Assembly: GCA_963770325.1 (NCBI GenBank)
Contig: CAVYPF010000003.1
Span: forward strand, 52,439-116,438
Direction: 5' to 3'
Source of the DNA: an uncultured Thermoleophilaceae bacterium
GTDB lineage: Bacteria; Actinomycetota; Thermoleophilia; Solirubrobacterales; Thermoleophilaceae
Length of the DNA: 64,000 nucleotides
Under the pieces are notes generated by a model. The model saw only the letters and a program-made list of their open reading frames with translations. It was not told the origin of the DNA and searched no databases. The translations under genes were made by a program, and so were the position numbers. Positions within the stretch are counted from its first letter, which is position 1, and every line of letters starts with the position of its first letter. This document shows positions 44,031 through 53,243 of the stretch, piece after piece.

Positions 44031-44266
44031 TGCCCGGCTTGTTCATCGACGTGGAGGTGGACGACTCGATCCGCAGCCAGGCGGACGTCGCCCAGAAGCT
44101 CGAGGACGCGTGCCCCGTGGACATCTTCAAGAACGCCGACGGGCACCTGGAGATCGTCGAGGGGAACCTCGATGAGTGCGTGCTCTGCGAGCTGTGCCTG
44201 GCCGCCGCCCCGAAGGGCACGGTCACGGTGAAGAAGCTCTACGACGGCAGCGTGCTCAAGAGCTGA
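44030..44266 (+). CDS. 78-aa ferredoxin-like Cys4 protein
   Basis: ACPVD ... ECVLCELC gives four Cys in a 4Fe-4S-like arrangement. ATG overlaps the upstream stop (TGATG). Very high GC3. Hidden at the end of an off-frame track ORF. Confidence 0.65.
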   Translation: MPGLFIDVEVDDSIRSQADVAQKLEDACPVDIFKNADGHLEIVEGNLDECVLCELCLAAAPKGTVTVKKLYDGSVLKS

Positions 44267-45121
44267 CGCAGCTCGGCCGCCGTCGCGTCGGGCCGCTCGA
44301 AGACGTCGCCCCAGGTGTAGCGGCGGAACTGGTCGCCTCGGGCGTACGCCTCGCGCTCCCTGCGGCGGTCCTGCTCCCACGCGTGGCGCGTGTGGTGGAA
44401 GGCGTAGCTGTCGAGCTCGATCGTGAGCCTTCGCTCCGGCCAGCGGCAGTCGACCCAGTGGGCGCCTTTGCGTCGATTGGTCTGCGGGAGCGGCAGGTTG
44501 TTCGCTCGTAACAGCGCGATGAAGGCATGCTCGAGTTGGCTCAGGAGGACGCGCTCGTCGCCGCGGAGGACGCGGCGGAGGGTGGTGGCGCCCGGGGCGT
44601 TGGGCTTCGCTCCAGTGCGGCCTCGACGTGATGGGGCTTCACTGGTGGCGCACGACCGCCTCATGGAAGGAGCGAGCGAGGTCACCGCGGCGACAGCCGA
44701 GCGGCGAGATCGACGATGGTGCGCGGCACGCTGGTGATGGGGATGCCGCGGTGTATGGCGGCATCCTTCATCGCCGTTCCTGGCCCTGCGGGTCATGACG
44801 CCCTCGACGACGCGCTCGGTTGGGGCGGTGACTTCGGGCGGAGGCGGGGGTCCCTTGACGAGACCCCAGACGTGCGCGGCGGCGAGTCCGCTGAGGAGCG
44901 CCCCTTCACCGCAAGCGCGTACAGCGGCTAGGTAGGAGGACTCGACGCTTGGGGCCCTGTGGCCCACGCGGTAGACGCCTCTGTATTCGCGGAGGAGGGC
45001 GCCGCTCTCGCAGCCGCTCGCTCGATCTCGTCGCGACGTGACTCCCGCCCGCACGCAGCTGCTCCCGAGTAACCACGCCGTGCGTGGCGGCCGCGCGATC
45101 GCCGCGATGCACCTGCTCCAC
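44239..45121 (-). pseudogene. DUF559 (Vsr-like endonuclease domain) protein, multiply frameshifted
   Basis: Conserved pieces lie in three frames: HGVVTREQLRA.., ..EIERAAAR.., ..GALLREYRGVYRVGH.., ..AAIHRGIPITSVPRTIVDLAARL.. and ..LEHAFIALLRANNLPLPQTN..VDCRWPERRLTIELDSYAFHH... Confidence 0.7.
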
Positions 45122-45166
45122 TGTCCTGTCTTGTGCCGGCCATACGCCCGGCATAAGGCAGGACAG
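45121..45166. terminator. 19-bp imperfect hairpin downstream of the SCP2 gene
   Basis: ctgtcctgtcttgtgccgg / ccggcataaggcaggacag. The two mismatches are G-U on plus-strand RNA but C-A on minus-strand RNA. Confidence 0.3.
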
Positions 45167-45214
45167 CGCCCGGATTCGCCCCCTCCCCAGCCGCCGTTCG
45201 CCGGCGGAGACCAG

Positions 45215-45568
45215 CTACCGCACGCGGGCCAGCTGGCGCTCGATCACGTTGCCGATGAGCTTGACCACCGCGCCGTCGCCGGTGACCTTCACGTGACCGT
45301 GCTCCCAGGCGTCGACCCAGTCCTTCAGGGTGCCCTCCGCCGCGAGCTGGTTGAACTGTGGGCGGTCGACCGAGACGTCGAGGCGGGCGTCGGCCGCCAC
45401 GTCCTTCGAGATCTTGGGGCCGGGGACCTCTACTCGCCAGATCGGCACGTCGCCATGGGAGCGCAGCTCGAGCCGCATCACGAGCTTCAGCTGCTGCAGG
45501 GCGGGCACCTCATGGCCGAAGTTCTCGACGGCCTGCTGGATCAGTGTCCTGGTGTCAGCTGAGGACAT
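45215..45568 (-). CDS. SCP2 sterol/lipid-binding domain protein
   Basis: 117 aa; ..DARLDVSVDRPQFNQLAAEGTLKDWVDAWEHGHVKVTGDGAVVKLIGNVI is typical of SCP2-fold proteins. Confidence 0.75.
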   Translation of the reverse strand: MSSADTRTLIQQAVENFGHEVPALQQLKLVMRLELRSHGDVPIWRVEVPGPKISKDVAADARLDVSVDRPQFNQLAAEGTLKDWVDAWEHGHVKVTGDGAVVKLIGNVIERQLARVR

Positions 45569-45595
45569 TGATCGCCGATCCTAGATCATGTCCCG

Positions 45596-46720
45596 ATGCC
45601 ACCCCTCGACGGCGTCCGCGTGCTCGAGCTCTCGCGCGTGCTCGCGGGCCCGTACTGCACGATGGTCCTGGCCGACCTCGGCGCCGACGTGATCAAGGTC
45701 GAGCGCCCGGGCGTCGGCGACGAGACGCGCGCCTGGGGTCCCCCGTACGCCGGCGGCGAGTCCGCCTATTACATCTCGGTGAACCGGGGCAAGCGCAGCT
45801 GCGAGATCGACCTCAAGACGGAGGAGGGGCGGCGCCAGGCGCTGGAGCTGGCGGCCCACTCACACGTGGTGATCGAGAACTTCCGCGTGGGCACAGCGGA
45901 GCGGATGGGGCTGGGCTACGAGGACGTGGCCGCTCGCAACCCGACGGTGGTCTACTGCTCGATCACCGGGTTCGGATCGGACCGCGAGCCGCACGGGCGG
46001 CCGGGCTACGACTTCGTGGCCCAGGCGGAGAGCGGCCTGATGTCGATCACCGGCGAGCCGGGCGGCGAGCCGATGAAGGTCGGCGTGGCGCTGGTGGACG
46101 TGCTTGCCGGGCTGCACGCGTCCTCGGCCATCCTCGCCGCTCTGCACAAGGGCGAGGGCGAGCGGATCGAGGTGTCGCTCATCGACAGCGCGCTGGCAAG
46201 CCTCGTCAACGTGGCCTCCAGCGCGCTGATCACCGGGCAGGATCCGCATCGCCACGGCAACGCCCACCCCAACATCGTTCCCTACGAGACCTTCACGGCG
46301 AAGGACGGGTGGATGGCCATCGCCGCACCGAACGACGGGCTCTATCGCAGGCTCTGCGAGGCGATCGGAGCGCCGGAGCTCGCAACGGACGAGCGCTTCG
46401 CCACCAACCCCGAGCGCGTCGAGCACCGCCAAACGCTGATCCCACTGCTGAACGAACGACTCAAAACGAGAACAGCCGACGAATGGCTGACAGCGCTCAA
46501 CGAAGCCGGGGTCCCGGCAGGAAAGATCCGCTCAGTACCCGATGCCCTAAAAGCCGTAGGAGACGCCGGAAGAGCAGCGACCACGAGAGTCCCCCACCCG
46601 ACGGCGGGCGAAATAGACCTCGTGAACTCGCCGATCCGCCTGTACAACGACACGCTCAGACCACCAAAGGCTCCCCCACTGCTGGGCGAGCACACGGACG
46701 AGATCCTGGGCGACGTCTAG
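45596..46720 (+). CDS. Family III (CaiB/BaiF) CoA-transferase
   Basis: LDGVRVLELSRVLAGPYCTMVLADLGADVIKVE.. and the catalytic-Asp region ..VALVDVLAG... Confidence 0.9.
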   Translation: MPPLDGVRVLELSRVLAGPYCTMVLADLGADVIKVERPGVGDETRAWGPPYAGGESAYYISVNRGKRSCEIDLKTEEGRRQALELAAHSHVVIENFRVGTAERMGLGYEDVAARNPTVVYCSITGFGSDREPHGRPGYDFVAQAESGLMSITGEPGGEPMKVGVALVDVLAGLHASSAILAALHKGEGERIEVSLIDSALASLVNVASSALITGQDPHRHGNAHPNIVPYETFTAKDGWMAIAAPNDGLYRRLCEAIGAPELATDERFATNPERVEHRQTLIPLLNERLKTRTADEWLTALNEAGVPAGKIRSVPDALKAVGDAGRAATTRVPHPTAGEIDLVNSPIRLYNDTLRPPKAPPLLGEHTDEILGDV

Positions 46721-47925
46721 ATCTTGTTGCGCTTCAGCAGCGTGCGGCCGATGACCATGCGCTGGATCTCGGAGGTGCCCTCGCCGATCAGGAGCAGCGG
46801 AGCGTCGCGGTAGAGGCGCTCGATCTCGTACTCCTTCGAGTAGCCGTAGCCGCCGTGGATCCGGAATGACTCCTCCACGACCTCCTTGCCGGTCTCGGAG
46901 GCGAACAGCTTCGCCATGCCGGCCTCGAGGTCGGAGCGCTCGCCGGCATCCTTCATGCGGGCGGCCTTCATCGTGAGCAGGCGTGCGCACTCGATCTTGG
47001 TGGCCATGTCCGCGAGCTTGAACTGGATCGCCTGGTGCTCGGCGATCTGCTTGCCGAACGTCTTGCGCTCCTGCGCGTACCGCAGCGCAAGCTCCAAAGC
47101 GCGCTGAGCGATGCCCACGCCGCGAGCGGCCACGTTCACGCGGCCCACCTCGAGCGAGTCCATCATCTGGGAGAAGCCCTTGTTGAGCCCGGCCTCCTCG
47201 CCACCCAGCACCCGTGTGGACGGGCAGCGGTAGCCCTCGAAGACGAGCTCGGTGGACTCCACGCCCTTGTAGCCCATCTTCTTGATCTGCGGCGGGATCG
47301 ACAGGCCTTCGAACGCGCCCGTGTTCACGGCCTCGCCCGGCTCCTTCTCGCAGATGAAGCAGGTCATGCCGCGGTGGGGCGGGTCGGCCTCGGGATCCGA
47401 CTTGGCGAGCAGGAACACGAGGCCCGAGCGCAGGCCGTTGGTGACCCACATCTTGGTGCCGTTGATGACCCAGTCGTCGCCGTCCTTCTTGGCGCGCGTG
47501 GAGATCGCCTGCACGTCGGAGCCGAGGCCCGGCTCGGACAGCGAGAAGGCCGCGCGGATCTCGCCGGTGGCCATCTTCGGCAGGTAGGTCTCCTTCTGCT
47601 CGTCCGTGCCGAACTTCATCAGCAGGTAGGAGCCGATGAAGTGGGTGTTCACCACGCCCGAGATCGAGATCCAGCCACGCGAGAGCTCCTCGACGATCAT
47701 CGCGTAGGTGGTGAGGTCCAGCCCCATTCCGCCGTATTCCTCGGGGATCGTGACGCCGAACAGCCCGAGCTCCTTCATCTGCTCGACCACGCCATCGGGG
47801 AACTTGTCCTCGTGGTCGTGCTCCTCGGCGATCGGAATGACCTGCTCGTCGACGAACTGCCGCACCATCTCGGTGATCGCGCGCTGCTCGTCGGTCTTCT
47901 CGGTGTACGGCGTGGCTACGGCCAA
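46717..47925 (-). CDS. Acyl-CoA dehydrogenase
   Basis: Full-length ACAD with ..GYGYSKEYEIERLYRDAPLLLIGEGTSEIQ... TTG start with a GGGGAG RBS. Confidence 0.9.
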   Translation of the reverse strand: MAVATPYTEKTDEQRAITEMVRQFVDEQVIPIAEEHDHEDKFPDGVVEQMKELGLFGVTIPEEYGGMGLDLTTYAMIVEELSRGWISISGVVNTHFIGSYLLMKFGTDEQKETYLPKMATGEIRAAFSLSEPGLGSDVQAISTRAKKDGDDWVINGTKMWVTNGLRSGLVFLLAKSDPEADPPHRGMTCFICEKEPGEAVNTGAFEGLSIPPQIKKMGYKGVESTELVFEGYRCPSTRVLGGEEAGLNKGFSQMMDSLEVGRVNVAARGVGIAQRALELALRYAQERKTFGKQIAEHQAIQFKLADMATKIECARLLTMKAARMKDAGERSDLEAGMAKLFASETGKEVVEESFRIHGGYGYSKEYEIERLYRDAPLLLIGEGTSEIQRMVIGRTLLKRNKI

Positions 47926-47945
47926 GATTCGGACTCCCCGCTAGG

Positions 47946-47960
47946 TTGACTCGCGAGTCA
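47946..47960. promoter_or_regulatory. Inverted repeat TTGACTCGCGAGTCA upstream of the acyl-CoA dehydrogenase, candidate operator (copy 2)
   Basis: Read directly. Lies 21-35 nt upstream of the TTG start at 47925. Same half-site as 40764-40781. Confidence 0.5.
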
Positions 47961-47991
47961 GTCTACCGGCGAGAACACGCTGAGAGAGCGG

Positions 47992-48630
47992 TTAAAGGCC
48001 GTCAGGATGAACTGCGTGGTAGCCCCTGGTGGGCCGCGGTCCGCCCCAGCGCGGGCCGGTTCCGGGCGCGGCGCCACGGGCCTTGGCGACGTTGTCGCGG
48101 AAGCCGGTGTCGAAGCGCAGGCCGGCGATCATGACGAAGGCGTGGCCGGAGTTCGCGTAGACGGTGATCCACCTGCCGGGGCCGGAGTCGCCCCAGTGCA
48201 TGAAGTCGGAGGAGTCGAGGGGCGTGTCCACCAGACCGGCTCCGTGGAGCGCGTAGCTGACGGCGCCCGAGCAGTCGTAGGCGTTCGAGCGGAAGGACTT
48301 GTGGCCGCCGCCATAGCGGTAGGGCTTGCGGGCGATGCGGTTCGCCGCCGCGATGGCGGCGACGACCTGCGGCGGAGCGCCGATCGGGGCGATTGCGATG
48401 CCGTTCACGATCTTCGCCTTCGGCGCGGGCTGGAACTGCGGATCCGTGGGCGATACGCCACCCGTGCTCGGCCCGGCGGGACCGGTCGTGCCGGTTGTCG
48501 AGGGAGCGGTGGTCGAGCCGCCGCCGGAGCCGGCGGTGCCCGTGCCACCAAAGGCCACGGCGGGGGCCAACGCGGCGCCAACCAGTAGGCAGGCGACGAG
48601 CGGCAGCGGATTGTCGACGCGCTTCAGCAA
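47992..48630 (-). CDS. Secreted NlpC/P60 (C40) cell-wall peptidase
   Basis: Signal sequence, Gly/Thr/Pro linker, then ..YRYGGGH..YDCSGAVSYAL..GHAFVMI. TTG start preceded by GAAAGAGGG. Confidence 0.85.
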   Translation of the reverse strand: MLKRVDNPLPLVACLLVGAALAPAVAFGGTGTAGSGGGSTTAPSTTGTTGPAGPSTGGVSPTDPQFQPAPKAKIVNGIAIAPIGAPPQVVAAIAAANRIARKPYRYGGGHKSFRSNAYDCSGAVSYALHGAGLVDTPLDSSDFMHWGDSGPGRWITVYANSGHAFVMIAGLRFDTGFRDNVAKARGAAPGTGPRWGGPRPTRGYHAVHPDGL

Positions 48631-48635
48631 ACCCT

Positions 48636-48790
48636 CTTTCGTACGCCTGCCGGGTTAGCTGACGGGCTCGCGCTGAAAGAGCTTGCGCGCTCCTCTTCCG
48701 TGGAAAAGGAATTCGCCCCGAAAACTTGGTTCCCCGGCTCCGCGGTGGCGGATTCGGCGTGGCGGGCACTCTACACGATCGTCCCACGGA
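48636..48790 (-). promoter_or_regulatory. ydaO/yuaA-type (c-di-AMP) riboswitch-like leader of the NlpC/P60 gene
   Basis: Minus-strand RNA contains ..GAAUCCGCCACCGCGGAGCCGGGGAACCAAG..CGGGGCGAAUUCC..CGGAAGAGGAGCG..GAGCCCGUCAGCUAACCCGGCAGGCGUAC... These match the conserved blocks of the motif as I remember them. No covariance model was run. Confidence 0.7.
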
Positions 48791-48865
48791 AGTCGTTCGC
48801 TCCCGCTGCACGAGTTCCTGCATCGTTCGATCCTGGGCGCGAACTTCCAGCTAGCCTCACCAGGG

Positions 48866-50831
48866 ATGCCCAACCGGCTCGCGGAAGAGACCTCGCCTTA
48901 CCTCCTCCAGCACAAGGACAACCCGGTGGACTGGTATCCGTGGGGCGACGAGGCGCTCGCACGGGCGAAGGCGGAGGAGAAGCCCATCCTCGTCTCGATC
49001 GGCTACTCGGCCTGCCACTGGTGCCACGTGATGGAGCACGAGTCGTTCGAGGACCAGCAGACCGCGTCCGAGATGAACGAGCACTTCGTGTGCATCAAGG
49101 TGGACCGCGAGGAACGCCCCGACGTCGACGCGATCTACATGGAGGCCTGCCAGGCCATGACGGGCCAGGGCGGCTGGCCGCTCAACGTCTTCCTCACACC
49201 CAAGCAGGTGCCGTTCTACGCGGGCACCTACTTCCCGCCCGATCCCCGCCACGGCCTGCCGAGCTGGCGCCAGGTGCTCGCCGCCATCGACCAGGCCTGG
49301 CAGGAGCGGCGCGCCGAGATCGAAGACACCTCGGAGCAGCTCGTGGAACGGCTGCGCGGTGGGGCGTTGCTGAACCCGTCGGACGAGGCACTCGACCCGA
49401 GCCGGCTGGACGTGGCGGTCGACACCCTGCGCGGCTCCTACGACCCCACCAACGGCGGCTTCGGCAGCGCGCCCAAGTTCCCACCGTCCTCAGTGATCGA
49501 GTTCCTGCTGCGCCGCGGCGAGACCGAGATGAGCGCTCACACCCTGCGCGCGATGGCCTCCGGCGGAATGTACGACCAGGTGGGCGGCGGGTTCGCGCGC
49601 TACTCGGTGGACCCGCATTGGATCGTCCCCCACTTCGAGAAGATGCTCTACGACAACGCCCTGCTCGCCCGCGCGTACCTGCATGGCTGGCAGGTCACCG
49701 GCGAGCCGCTGTTCGAGCAGGTCTGCCGCGAAACGCTCGACTGGGCCATCAGCGAGATGCGCGCGCCCGAGGGCGGCTTCTACTCCGCGCTCGACGCCGA
49801 CTCCGAGGGCGTGGAGGGGAAGTTCTACGTCTGGACCCTCGACGAGGTGCGCGAGTTGCTCGGCGACGACGCCCAGGCCGCAATCGACTACTTCGGCATG
49901 ACGGAGGGCGGCAACTTCGAGGGCGAGAACATCCCAGTGCGTGCCGGCCTCGAGCCGCCGGCCAACCTCGAGTCGATCCGGCACCGCCTCTACCAGGCGC
50001 GCGCCAAGCGGGTCTGGCCCGGTCTCGACGACAAGCGCCTGACGGCCTGGAACGCGCTGATGATCTCGGCGCTGGCCGAGGCCGGCGCGGTGCTGGACGA
50101 GCCGCGCTACCTGGACGCCGCGCGCGCCTGCGCCGCGTTCGTGCTGCGCAGCCTTCGCGATCCCGACGGCCGCCTGCTGCGCACGTACAAGGACGGCGAG
50201 GCGAAGCTCAACGCCTACCTCGAGGACCACGCGTTCCTCGTGGAGGCGCTCCTGACCCTCTACGAGTCGAGCTTCGACCCGCGCTGGTTCAGCGCCGCTC
50301 GCGAGACCGCGGACGCGATGATCGAGCGCTTCGCCGACGAGCAGCGCGGCGGCTTCTTCGAGACCTCCTCCGATCACGAGCAGCTCGTGGCCCGGCGCAA
50401 GGACCTGGAGGACAACCCGATCCCGGCCGGCAATTCGAGCGCCGCCTACGGGCTGCTGCGCCTGGCGGCGCTCAGCGGCGAGCACTCGTACGAGGAGCGC
50501 GCCGACGGCGTGCTGGCCCTCCTCCACCCGATCGCCCACAAGCACCCGCAGGCGTTCCCGCACCTGCTCCAGGCACTGGACTTCCACTTCGGTCCCACCA
50601 AGGAGGTCGCGCTGGCCGGCGACGGACACGCGGCCCCTAGAGCGAGTGGTGCGCTCGAAGTTCCGCCCGCACATCGTGCTGGCGGGGGGCGAGGCCGACG
50701 GCGTGCCGCTGATGGAGGGTCGGACGCCCGTGGACGGCGCGGCCGCCGCGTACGTCTGCGAGCGCTTCGCCTGCAAGGCGCCGGTGACCGAGCCGGAGGC
50801 GCTCGAGTCGCTGCTGTCCGAAGCCCCCTAG
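48866..50831 (+). CDS. Thioredoxin-domain / six-hairpin glycosidase-like protein (YyaL, DUF255 family); apparent frameshift at the C4 run 50634-50637
   Basis: [34 protein letters not shown]... After 50637 the conserved tail ([34 protein letters not shown]) continues in the track ORF 50646-50831. Confidence 0.85.
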
Positions 50832-50854
50832 CGCGGGGGACTGTCCCTCAGCCG

Positions 50855-52207
50855 CTAGAGCACAGAGAGGTACCGATCCAGCTCCCACTGCGAGACCTGG
50901 ATCCGGTAGTCCTCCCACTCCTGCCGCTTGATCTCGATGTAGCGGTTGAACATGTGCTCGCCGAGGGTCCGCAGCACCAGCTCCGACTCCGCCGTCAGCT
51001 CGATCGCCTCGCCGAGCGTCTCGGGCAGCTGCTCGATGCCCAGCCGCTTGCGCTCGTCCGGCGACAGGTGGTAGAGGTTCTTCTCCATCGGCTCGGGTAG
51101 CTCGTAGCCCTTCTCGATCCCCTCGAGCCCGGCCATCAGTAGCACCGCGAACGTGAGATAGGGGTTGCACGCCGGGTCGGGACAGCGCAGCTCCATGCGC
51201 GTGGCCTGCTCCTTGCCGGGGTGGTACAGCGGCACCCGCACGAGCGCCGAGCGGTTGCGGCGCGACCACGCGCAGTACACCGGCGCCTCGTACCCAGGCA
51301 CCAGCCGCTTGTACGAGTTCACCCACTGGGCGAAGATCGAGGAGACCTCGCGGGCGTGCTTGAGCTGGCCGGCGATGAAGGCCTTGCCCACAGGCGACAG
51401 GAAATACTGGTCGTCGGGGTCGTAGAAGGCGTTGCGCCCCTCGTTGAAGAGCGACTGGTGCGTGTGCATGCCCGAGCCGTTCTCGCCGAACAGGGGCTTC
51501 GGCATGAAGGTGGCGTGCCAGCCGTACTTCATGGCGTACTCCTTGACCGTGATGCGATAGGTCATGCAGTCGTCTGCCATCTTGAGCGCCGGGGCGTAGC
51601 GCATGTCGATCTCGTGCTGCGATGGACCGACCTCGTGGTGGGTGTACTCCACGTGGATGCCGAGCTGCTCCAGCGCGAGCACCGTGTCCCGGCGCACGTC
51701 GGAGCCGGCGTCGAGCGTGGTGAGGTCGAAGTAGCCGCCCTCGTCCAGGATCTCCGGCTGGCCGCCCGCCGGCGGGCGGGCGTTGCGGAAGTAGAAGTAC
51801 TCGAGCTCGGGGCCGACGTTGAACGCGTCGAAGCCCATCGCCGCCGCTCGCTCCAGCGCGCGCCTCAGCACGTAGCGAGGGTCACCCTCGTACGGCTCGC
51901 GGTTGGGCGTGACGACATCGCAGAACATCCTCCCCACGCCCCTGTCCTCGGGCCGCCATGGCAGCACCGCGAACGTGCCCGCGTCGGGCATCGCGATCAT
52001 GTCGGACTCCTCGATCGCGTTGAAGCCGGTGATCGACGAGCCGTCGAAGCCCATGCCTCCCTCGAAGGCGTCGTCGAGCTCTGCGGCGTTGATCGAGAAG
52101 CTCTTCAGCTGGCCCAGAATGTCCGTGAACCAGAACCGGATGAAGCGGATGTCCTGGTCTTTGACGATCGCCTTGACGTCGTCGGCGGTCTGCGGCTGGT
52201 CGGCCAT
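50855..52207 (-). CDS. glnA: Glutamine synthetase, type I
   Basis: 450 aa, collinear with GSI (..FDGSSI.., ..[10 protein letters not shown].., ..RVP..). Confidence 0.95.
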   Translation of the reverse strand: MADQPQTADDVKAIVKDQDIRFIRFWFTDILGQLKSFSINAAELDDAFEGGMGFDGSSITGFNAIEESDMIAMPDAGTFAVLPWRPEDRGVGRMFCDVVTPNREPYEGDPRYVLRRALERAAAMGFDAFNVGPELEYFYFRNARPPAGGQPEILDEGGYFDLTTLDAGSDVRRDTVLALEQLGIHVEYTHHEVGPSQHEIDMRYAPALKMADDCMTYRITVKEYAMKYGWHATFMPKPLFGENGSGMHTHQSLFNEGRNAFYDPDDQYFLSPVGKAFIAGQLKHAREVSSIFAQWVNSYKRLVPGYEAPVYCAWSRRNRSALVRVPLYHPGKEQATRMELRCPDPACNPYLTFAVLLMAGLEGIEKGYELPEPMEKNLYHLSPDERKRLGIEQLPETLGEAIELTAESELVLRTLGEHMFNRYIEIKRQEWEDYRIQVSQWELDRYLSVL

Positions 52208-52272
52208 CTGACTCCTTAGCGTTGGACGGGCGAGCTGGCCGCCCTAAGGCTAACCAGCGCCCCGCAACTGCG

Positions 52273-52644
52273 TCAGTCCAGCCAGCGGTTGGCCCAGGCC
52301 TTCAGAGCCCGGACCGGAGGCTCGAGCGCCATGCCCTTGCCGGTGAGCGCGTACTCGACCCGCACCGGAGCGCCGTCGAGCACGCGGCGCTCCACGATCT
52401 GCTCGCCCTCGAGCTCCTTCAGGCGCTCGGACAGGAGGCGGTCGGAGAGGTCAGGCACCAGGTGCCGGATCTCGGAGAAGCGCAGTGGGCCATCCAGCAG
52501 GACGATCAGGATCGCACCCGTCCAGCGCTTGCCGACGAGCTCCACCGCACGGTGGTAGAGCTGGCAGCACTCGCTGCGCCCAGGTATCCCCTCTGTGGCC
52601 CGACTGTCGCTGTGGACCTCCGTCGGCACCGCGCTCGCGGCCAT
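52273..52644 (-). CDS. HxlR-family transcriptional regulator
   Basis: ..VELVGKRWTGAILIVLLDGPLRFSEI..LSERLKELEGEQIV.R.. Confidence 0.85.
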   Translation of the reverse strand: MAASAVPTEVHSDSRATEGIPGRSECCQLYHRAVELVGKRWTGAILIVLLDGPLRFSEIRHLVPDLSDRLLSERLKELEGEQIVERRVLDGAPVRVEYALTGKGMALEPPVRALKAWANRWLD

Positions 52645-52661
52645 CGGGCAATCCTAGAGGG

Positions 52662-53225
52662 TCAGGCGGCTTGTGCCACTCGAGCGCTCTCTGCCGAGCC
52701 GTCCCGCGGGAGGTCCACCGCACGGGTGACGAGATTCGTGAAGGTGGCGAGCGCGACGTGCGCCACGGCCTCGAGGATCTCCTCGTCGCTCCAGCCCGCC
52801 TCGCGGGCCTCCTCGAGGTGGTGCAGCTTCGGAGCTCCCGTGCTCTCGAGCAGCGCCTTCAGGAAATGGAGCAGCGTGGCCTCGCGCTCGTCGTGGGACT
52901 CGAACTCCCGCGCGAGCGCGATCTCGTCGAGGCCGAGGCCGGCGTCGCGGGCGGTGCGCTGAAGCGCCGGAAGCGAGTAATCGCTGCCCTCGTACTCGGC
53001 CACCGCCAGCCCGATCCGCTGCTGCGTGGCCCACGACAGCTCGCCGTGGCGCAGCTCAGAACGAAAACGCGCGTACGCCCGCAGCGTGGCCGGCGAGCCC
53101 GCCAGCACACCCAGCAGGTTCGACAGCTGCCCCCCGCTCGCGACGGCGCCCTTCAACACCGGAAGGCTGAGCTCGGGCGCGGTCAGCTCATCGTGGACCT
53201 GGAACCGACTTTCCTTGGTCTTCAT
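52662..53225 (-). CDS. Carboxymuconolactone decarboxylase (AhpD-like) family protein
   Basis: All-helical 187-aa protein with a CMD-type pattern (..ATQQRIGLAVAEYEGSDYSL..ILEAVAHVALATFTN..). Confidence 0.75.
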   Translation of the reverse strand: MKTKESRFQVHDELTAPELSLPVLKGAVASGGQLSNLLGVLAGSPATLRAYARFRSELRHGELSWATQQRIGLAVAEYEGSDYSLPALQRTARDAGLGLDEIALAREFESHDEREATLLHFLKALLESTGAPKLHHLEEAREAGWSDEEILEAVAHVALATFTNLVTRAVDLPRDGSAESARVAQAA

Positions 53226-53243
53226 ACCCCTGCTTCACTTTCT

